A DNA stretch of 64,000 nucleotides from Bradymonadia bacterium. Its GTDB lineage: Bacteria; Myxococcota_A; Bradymonadia; UBA7976; UBA1532. Location: the NCBI GenBank assembly GCA_049889275.1, contig JBMHDS010000129.1:28751-92750 (forward strand), read 5' to 3'. The position numbers and the translations under genes were made by a program. The notes under the pieces are model-generated. The model was given only the letters and a program-made list of their open reading frames with translations, had not been told where the DNA came from and searched no databases. Below, one piece after another: positions 58,743-64,000 of the stretch (the first letter of the stretch is position 1; each line of letters starts with the position of its first letter).

Positions 58743-58858
58743 TTCCCCTCACCTCCAAGAATCGGACAATGAAATGATTAAGCGCATCTTCAGAAACTTT
58801 CGTTGTGATCCGCGCTCGACATGTCCAATATAGAGCAAATCGTTAATTGGAGCACCCT

Positions 58859-60424
58859 ATGAAGCGTCTCATCTTTTGTTCTCTTGCACTGGTATTGGCC
58901 CTTGGATGCGGGTCTGATTCCGACCCAGGCATCGGTGGTGCAGGTGGCACGGGTGGTACAGCAGGCACCGGTGGCACGGGTGGTAGCGCGGGCACGGGTG
59001 GCACTGTCGGCGGCGAAGACTGTAACGGCGTCGACGACGACGGTGATGGTGCAATCGACGAGGGCGTCGGTACGCGGGTGTGTATGTCGGCATGCGGTAC
59101 GGGTAATGAAGTTTGCCAAAATGGCGCGTGGGGCGGCTGTGACGCACCACCGGTGGTCGAAGAATTCTGTGATGGCGCCGATAACGATTGCGATGGCCAG
59201 ATCGATGAGGCGCTCACGCGCACATGCTCGTCGGACTGTGGCGACGGCTCTGAGAGCTGCATGAACGGTGATTGGGTCGGATGTGACGCACCGCTCGGCG
59301 ACGCTGAGAGTTGCGATGGTGCGGATAATGACTGCGACGGTCGCGTCGACGAGAACGTTTATCAGACCTGTACAGTGGCATGCGGTGAGGACAGTGAGAT
59401 CGAAGGCACTGAGGTGTGCGTGAACGGTACCTTTCAGGACTGTAGTGTCGTAGGTATCCCGGAGGAGACCTGTGGCAACGGCATGGACGATGACTGCGAC
59501 GACGCGGTAGACGAGGGCTGTGGCTGCCAGGCCGGCGACACCAAGCCTTGTTCGTCGGATGTGGGCGCTTGCAGCCGAGGCACCCAGACGTGTGATGAGG
59601 CGGGCGAGTGGGGGCCGTGTCTAGACGACAATGGCGACGCTGTACTTTCGCCGGGCGAACAACCGGAGGACTGTAATGGCATCGACGATGACTGTAACGG
59701 ACGCGTCGACGACCTAGAGCTCAACATGCCCTGCTCAAGCGATGTAGGCGCGTGCGTCATGGGTCAACTGACATGTGAGAACGGCGTACGGGCATGCGTC
59801 GGCGGTGTCGAGCCATCGGAAGAGACCTGTGATGCCATCGACAATGACTGCGATGGCACAGTGGACGAAAACACCGTACCCGCGCCTGAGGCCTGTGATG
59901 GCCGCGATAACGATTGTGACGAGCGCGTCGACGAAGATGTGGCCCCTGACCAGTGGGAGGGTGACAACGGCAATCAAGTCTGTGCTGGTGCTTACGAACT
60001 CGGTGAGATCCAAGAGGATGAAGAAAACCCAGCGTCTTTTGTCGGCCAGATTCAGAACGGTGCCGATACCGATACATATCATTTCGTCGTCAACGAACGA
60101 ACCCGGGTCGGCATCAACGGAAATGACATCACCGTCAGGGTTGAGTTGACTGAGGCAGACCCAAACCTCGAGTGGACGATGTGTGTTCGACTGTTGAGTC
60201 AAGATTCGGCCATAAACCCCTTTGCCGGTGCACCGGATCTAGAGGAGGCATGTGGAGTCGAGGAACAGTGCGTCGATGTCGTCAATGGCATTGGCACTTT
60301 TCAGCAAGTTGTGACCGATCGGAATGCGCGGAGCGATGATACCCGAGTGGTTGTCAAAATCAGTGCACCCCAAGCCGCAGCCTGCGCTCCTTATCGCATC
60401 ACGTACGATGCGGACGCGCCGTAG
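58859..60424 (+). CDS. secreted lipoprotein with seven MopE-like putative metal-binding repeats (CxGxDxDCDGxxDE) and C-terminal PPC-like domain
   Basis: Lipobox 'LVLALGCGSD'. Repeats 'CNGVDDDGDGAIDEG', 'CDGADNDCDGQIDEA', 'CDGADNDCDGRVDEN', 'CGNGMDDDCDDAVDEGC', 'CNGIDDDCNGRVDD', 'CDAIDNDCDGTVDEN', 'CDGRDNDCDERVDED'. C-terminal 'DTDTYHFVV'. ATG 58859 with SD 'GGAG'. Confidence 0.65.
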   Translation: MKRLIFCSLALVLALGCGSDSDPGIGGAGGTGGTAGTGGTGGSAGTGGTVGGEDCNGVDDDGDGAIDEGVGTRVCMSACGTGNEVCQNGAWGGCDAPPVVEEFCDGADNDCDGQIDEALTRTCSSDCGDGSESCMNGDWVGCDAPLGDAESCDGADNDCDGRVDENVYQTCTVACGEDSEIEGTEVCVNGTFQDCSVVGIPEETCGNGMDDDCDDAVDEGCGCQAGDTKPCSSDVGACSRGTQTCDEAGEWGPCLDDNGDAVLSPGEQPEDCNGIDDDCNGRVDDLELNMPCSSDVGACVMGQLTCENGVRACVGGVEPSEETCDAIDNDCDGTVDENTVPAPEACDGRDNDCDERVDEDVAPDQWEGDNGNQVCAGAYELGEIQEDEENPASFVGQIQNGADTDTYHFVVNERTRVGINGNDITVRVELTEADPNLEWTMCVRLLSQDSAINPFAGAPDLEEACGVEEQCVDVVNGIGTFQQVVTDRNARSDDTRVVVKISAPQAAACAPYRITYDADAP

Positions 60425-60660
60425 CGCTGTCCCGCGGGAGGCGGCTGCTCAAACAGATCGGTTCCTTCTCACTCGATACGAACGACCAGAGACGACCACT
60501 CTTGGTCGTTCGACACACGCCGACCGCATCAACTCCACACCGCCAACCTGACCATCCGCTACGAGCGTTCATGTCAAGTCGGAGTCATCCACCATATTTC
60601 TCTCGTTGAGACTGGACCCACGGTCGTGTGCGGTGCCCGCCACGGCTCGTTTGAATCCAC

Positions 60661-60690
60661 TTGACCCATACCCCATAGGGGTATTATTGT
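60661..60690 (+). promoter_or_regulatory. sigma70-like promoter (TTGACC -35; TATTAT / TATTGT -10) with CsoR-box-like palindrome ATACCCC-ATA-GGGGTAT (60668..60684) in the spacer
   Basis: Read directly. AT-rich island 27 nt upstream of the GTG at 60717. The palindrome closely matches the GC-rich pseudopalindromes (ATACCCnnnGGGTAT type) that I recall as CsoR operators. Confidence 0.45.
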
Positions 60691-60716
60691 CAGATGAATT
60701 TATTGGATAACTAACC

Positions 60717-61370
60717 GTGTTTTACCCCGCTCGTCACAAAGCGCTCTCTACGTTGGTTCTCGTCTGCTCGGTGCTCATACCGCACGCTGGTTCAGCACAT
60801 CCTGTGACCTTTGAAGATGGCATTGCGTTCTCAGGCATTTTTCAACCGGGCGCAGTTCTGCTCGAAGGCGGCTACACGTTATCGCGCCACGTCGCAGTCG
60901 GTAGCACGTATACACGAATACAAACAAAAGACGGCGAGGTTCACGGTGGGTTTGCACACGCGAATTTGCTGGCCTACCGATATAACGGAGATGGCAGTCA
61001 AGGCAATGTATATGCCATCGCCGGTGGTGGAGGGGGACAATACCGCGGTCAAGATAACACTGGTCTCGGTTATGCAGCACTTCAACTCGATTACGAGACC
61101 ATCCGTTTCTACAACGCGTTTATGGCCCGCGCGATCACAGATCTCGACGAACACACCTATCGGGCCACATACCGCATTGGCTTCGCCCCCTATGCGGCCC
61201 CGTATAATAGCCTCCAGTCTTGGCTGGTTGCGCAAACCATGTACATGCCGCAAATGGACGATGAATGGAATTATTCGGTGCTGCTACGGTTCTTTTACAA
61301 AACGGTCCTTTGGGAAATCGGTGGTGACCTTAAGGGGCGCCCCTGGATTCAGCTCATGGTGCATTATTAG
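60717..61370 (+). CDS. hypothetical outer-membrane beta-barrel protein (first gene of the metal operon)
   Basis: GTG start. Signal 'LVLVCSVLIPHAGSA'. Alternating hydrophobic beta-strand pattern. Aromatic C-terminus '...WIQLMVHY'. Confidence 0.5.
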   Translation: MFYPARHKALSTLVLVCSVLIPHAGSAHPVTFEDGIAFSGIFQPGAVLLEGGYTLSRHVAVGSTYTRIQTKDGEVHGGFAHANLLAYRYNGDGSQGNVYAIAGGGGGQYRGQDNTGLGYAALQLDYETIRFYNAFMARAITDLDEHTYRATYRIGFAPYAAPYNSLQSWLVAQTMYMPQMDDEWNYSVLLRFFYKTVLWEIGGDLKGRPWIQLMVHY

Positions 61371-61378
61371 GAGGCCAA

Positions 61379-61732
61379 ATGTTGCAACTTAAGTTTATCG
61401 GCTTCGTGCTTTTATCCGTCTTGCTTTCACCGACGATCCCCCAGGCTGCAGAGTCGGCGGCGAGCATTCGTGTCAAAGTAAAAGGCATGGTCTGTTCGTT
61501 CTGCGTACAAGGCGTGGAGAAGAAACTACTCGGCATAGATGGCGTCAAGAAGGTCACCGTCAATCTCGAGACCAAGACGGTTGAGATATGGCTCCACCAA
61601 GGTAAAACGGTTGCCGATGCGCAGATCAAGGACGCGATCGAATCAGCTGGCTACAATATCGCCACGATCACTCGGCCAGGTGAGACCACACCCAAAGCCC
61701 CTCAAGCGCCCCCGGTAGGAGAGCGAGGTTGA
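61379..61732 (+). CDS. merP: periplasmic heavy-metal-associated (HMA) domain protein, MerP-like
   Basis: Signal peptide followed by 'VKVKGMVCSFCVQGVEKKL' (GMxCxxC ferredoxin-like HMA fold). Length 117 aa. Overlaps the merT start by 4 nt. Confidence 0.75.
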   Translation: MLQLKFIGFVLLSVLLSPTIPQAAESAASIRVKVKGMVCSFCVQGVEKKLLGIDGVKKVTVNLETKTVEIWLHQGKTVADAQIKDAIESAGYNIATITRPGETTPKAPQAPPVGERG

Positions 61733-62094
61733 ACCGGGTTGTCGCCTTCGCCGCGCTGTTTACGTCTGTCGGCACATTATTCTGTTGTGCATTGCCGGCG
61801 CTCTTCGTGCTCTTGGGCGCGGGGGCAACCTTCGCATCGCTCACCAATGCGGTGCCAGGCATACTCCTCTTTGGCGAATATAAGACCGCTGTGTTCATCA
61901 GCGCAGGCATCTGTCTCGGTTATGGCTGGTTTTCTCAGCGCGAGGCGAGCGCGAATGTGACGTGTGACATTGAAACAAACGGTGAGACGGCGTGTGCGAC
62001 GACTCAAACCTGGATACGACCCTTGCTCATTGTTGCCAGTATCATGTATCTGATCGGGTTAAGCTTCGCTTATGTGCTGCCGTACTTCATGTGA
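61729..62094 (+). CDS. merT: MerT-family inner-membrane metal transporter
   Basis: First-TM 'LFCCALPALFVLLGAG' Cys pair. Cytoplasmic-loop Cys pair 'VTCDIETNGETAC'. C-terminal 'FAYVLPYFM'. Three TMs, 121 aa. Collinear with MerT of Tn501 as I recall it. Confidence 0.8.
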   Translation: MNRVVAFAALFTSVGTLFCCALPALFVLLGAGATFASLTNAVPGILLFGEYKTAVFISAGICLGYGWFSQREASANVTCDIETNGETACATTQTWIRPLLIVASIMYLIGLSFAYVLPYFM

Positions 62095-62107
62095 GGGTAA
62101 TTGAGCT

Positions 62108-62389
62108 GTGTCCAAACATCCTGACCACTCCGCTAATCTGAACCGTATTCGCCGAATTAAGGGTCAAATGGACGGCATTGAGCGTATGATCATCGAAGGT
62201 CGATACTGTCCCGACATCCTCACGCAGACCAGCGCGGTCGCGGCTGCGCTGAGAGGCTTGGAGCGTAGACTGCTCGAACGCCACCTGGCCCATTGCGTCA
62301 CCAATGCTTTCGAGGGTGACAATCAGGAGGAGCGCGAACAGAAGATAAGTGAGCTGCTTCAAATTTTTGAGAAACGTCTCGCTAAGTAG
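62108..62389 (+). CDS. csoR: CsoR/RcnR-family metal-sensing transcriptional repressor (x-C-H-C fingerprint, CsoR-like)
   Basis: 'NRIRRIKGQMDGIERMIIEGRYCPDILTQTSAVAAALRGL' with the alpha2 Cys in 'RYCPD', then 'HLAHCV' (His and Cys four apart). GTG start 9 nt after 'GAGGG'. Confidence 0.8.
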   Translation: MSKHPDHSANLNRIRRIKGQMDGIERMIIEGRYCPDILTQTSAVAAALRGLERRLLERHLAHCVTNAFEGDNQEEREQKISELLQIFEKRLAK

Positions 62390-62661
62390 CGCCACGGACC
62401 CCCGCCACAGACCACCGAGGTCAAGCGCCTGGATCTCATCTTAAAACCGGCACTCGTTCCATCATCTCAATCGCGGGCAAACCAATATCGAGAGAGATTG
62501 AAAACGGCGCTGACAATGACAGCCCCTCCGGTCTGGCTCGCCGCGCAGCCGGATGAACTCGGAAGAAATAGGGCCGGTCGAGCGTGGCGTGAGCACAGCG
62601 ATGGTGGTGCTTCGCCTAAGGCAGTCTGATAGACTGATGAAGGTGTCGTCTTAAGGCAAAC

Positions 62662-63936
62662 TCAGGGTTCGTAGACGTTATCGTCTTCACCGGTCACCAG
62701 GACCAACTGATCGTCGGCGATGTTGGCGAAGATTTCGTCATAGGTCAGCGGCTTATCTGGGTTTGACAATGCGTCCACCATGGCCATGCTAGCCTCGGTC
62801 ATGTCCCGAAAGTAAGCGGGCATGGCGTTGGTCACCAGATCGACATAGCGGGTACCAATCGGGTCGTCGGGGTTCACCTCACGGTGCGCTGCGTACAGGG
62901 CGTCGTCGACGTATGCGTAAGTATCACAACCGTTCATGAAGACGATGACGTACTGCTCCGCCACCCAATCGCCCCTTGAGGCGAGGGCCTTTATGTTACG
63001 CCCAAGTCCGGCATGACCGTTGTAGATGATCAGGTCGGCTGTAGGCGTCAGGCTCCGATAGCGCTCTTGGAAGTCAGACCCGGCGGTCCGGACATTGTCG
63101 ACAACCAATACTGTGACCGAGATTTTGCGCTCATCATCCAGTTGCCCTTCGATGTGCATGTCGGTGATATCAACACCAAGATTACCTTCGTATTCAGCGG
63201 GTGTACTGACAGCGTTTGGAACAACGTTCTCGATCTTGCGGATGAAATTCCTAAAGTTGCGGGTGCCGATGTCGGTGTCGGCTGGTTTGTCCTCGCTCGC
63301 TCGACCGAAGATGGCGACCACCTCGAGACGTCCATCTTTCCACACATCGTCATATTCTGGATATTTCCCAGATGTTTGCAGCGTGCTCGGCGCAACGGAT
63401 GCCACAGTCTTCATCACGTCAATCTCATCGAGTTTACAAAAGGTCATGCCCGGTCGGTAATAGTACCACATGCTGCCCGAGTCGACATCGTGCGCGCTGT
63501 AAGACACACAGTCCTTTCCGTACTTCTCAGCAAAGCGCGTGAGGTCCTGGTAGCGCGTGCTGATAGGCAGTACGAACTCATACGTCTCTGGCACAGGGCT
63601 CGTCTTGCCCCAGGCCACGGGCATGGTCACCGTGTAATCAAACCGATAATCACCGTCGATCTTCTCAATCTCCAAATCGGTGACTTCCACTTTGTCTAGG
63701 CGACCGACCGCGTTGTTCCCGTTGAGCTGCCCGATGGTGTAGAGCAATTGCTGCTCGATAGTCCGCTCAGGATTCCAGTCGTTACTTGCATAGAGCACAC
63801 CGTCGAAGGTCATGTCGACAAACGTGGCATGAAAGCTCGACTCTTTCTCCTCGATGTTGGATTCGGGTGTCTCGAGTTGATTACATCCGGCCAAGAAGGC
63901 CGAGAAGAGTGCAGCAAGAATGACGGTGTTCTTCAT
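62662..63936 (-). CDS. hypothetical lipoprotein with caspase-fold-like His/Cys dyad (possible C11/C25-type cysteine peptidase)
   Basis: Lipobox 'LFSAFLAGCNQ'. 'IIYNGHAGLG' followed ~35 aa later by 'VIVFMNGCDTYAY', the spacing and context typical of caspase/gingipain catalytic His and Cys. Start at the internal ATG ('MKNTVIL'). Confidence 0.5.
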   Translation of the reverse strand: MKNTVILAALFSAFLAGCNQLETPESNIEEKESSFHATFVDMTFDGVLYASNDWNPERTIEQQLLYTIGQLNGNNAVGRLDKVEVTDLEIEKIDGDYRFDYTVTMPVAWGKTSPVPETYEFVLPISTRYQDLTRFAEKYGKDCVSYSAHDVDSGSMWYYYRPGMTFCKLDEIDVMKTVASVAPSTLQTSGKYPEYDDVWKDGRLEVVAIFGRASEDKPADTDIGTRNFRNFIRKIENVVPNAVSTPAEYEGNLGVDITDMHIEGQLDDERKISVTVLVVDNVRTAGSDFQERYRSLTPTADLIIYNGHAGLGRNIKALASRGDWVAEQYVIVFMNGCDTYAYVDDALYAAHREVNPDDPIGTRYVDLVTNAMPAYFRDMTEASMAMVDALSNPDKPLTYDEIFANIADDQLVLVTGEDDNVYEP

Positions 63937-64000
63937 GACGATAGGCTCCGTGAAAGCATGTAGATGATGCCCCACAGATGCAGAAGATGTGCCAAGCCAA

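Noticed and set aside
1-64000. Searched for CRISPR arrays, insertion-sequence inverted repeats, integrase or transposase genes, and rRNA/tRNA genes
   Set aside because: None found. The only tandem DNA repeats are in-frame coding repeats (collagen GXY tracts, 99-bp repeats in the FReD gene, Cys-module repeats).

Overview
This is a high-GC (about 60%) stretch of bacterial chromosome with about 50 protein-coding genes. I found no rRNA, tRNA, CRISPR array or transposase.

Three proteins end in a tripartite Cys / hydrophobic / Arg-rich C-terminus that looks like a MYXO-CTERM sorting signal. The window also carries many domains usually associated with eukaryotes: collagen triplets, a fibrinogen C-terminal domain, LamG, thrombospondin type-3 repeats, a CAP/SCP domain, a lamin-tail domain on a secreted nuclease, a pectin-acetylesterase (Notum-like) esterase, and MopE-like CxxxDxDCDGxxDE repeats. 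Together these point to a Myxococcota- or Bradymonadia-like, probably predatory organism, but that lineage call is an inference.

Housekeeping genes that I recognise by motif:
- metG
- recX
- an RsmB/F-type m5C methyltransferase, apparently split by a +1 frameshift
- a PlsC-type acyltransferase
- an AlkA-like glycosylase
- a DTW-domain protein
- a Ntn-hydrolase asparaginase
- a delta-9 acyl-CoA desaturase
- a fatty-acid hydroxylase
- a family III CoA-transferase
- an FKBP-type isomerase
- a class III nucleotidyl cyclase

The most interesting candidate system is a low-GC, four-gene cluster at about 60.66-62.39 kb. It encodes an outer-membrane beta-barrel, a periplasmic HMA (MerP-like) protein, a MerT-like inner-membrane transporter and a CsoR-family metalloregulator, with no reductase. 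It is preceded by a sigma70-like promoter whose spacer holds the palindrome ATACCCC-ATA-GGGGTAT, which closely resembles Cu(I)-CsoR operators as I recall them. Immediately upstream lie a MopE-like putative copper-binding repeat protein and a CxxCH MYXO-CTERM protein. Together these suggest an undescribed surface copper (thiophilic-metal) capture and import module.

Other notable loci:
- a collagen / LamG / fibrinogen-domain protein with 99-bp tandem repeats, translationally coupled to an 851-aa cysteine-repeat protein
- a 1116-aa novel membrane protein in an operon with an orphan MCE-domain protein
- a collagen-like lipoprotein with an unknown Cys-rich C-terminal domain

All calls rest on reading the supplied six-frame translations and the raw sequence. 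No database searches were run.
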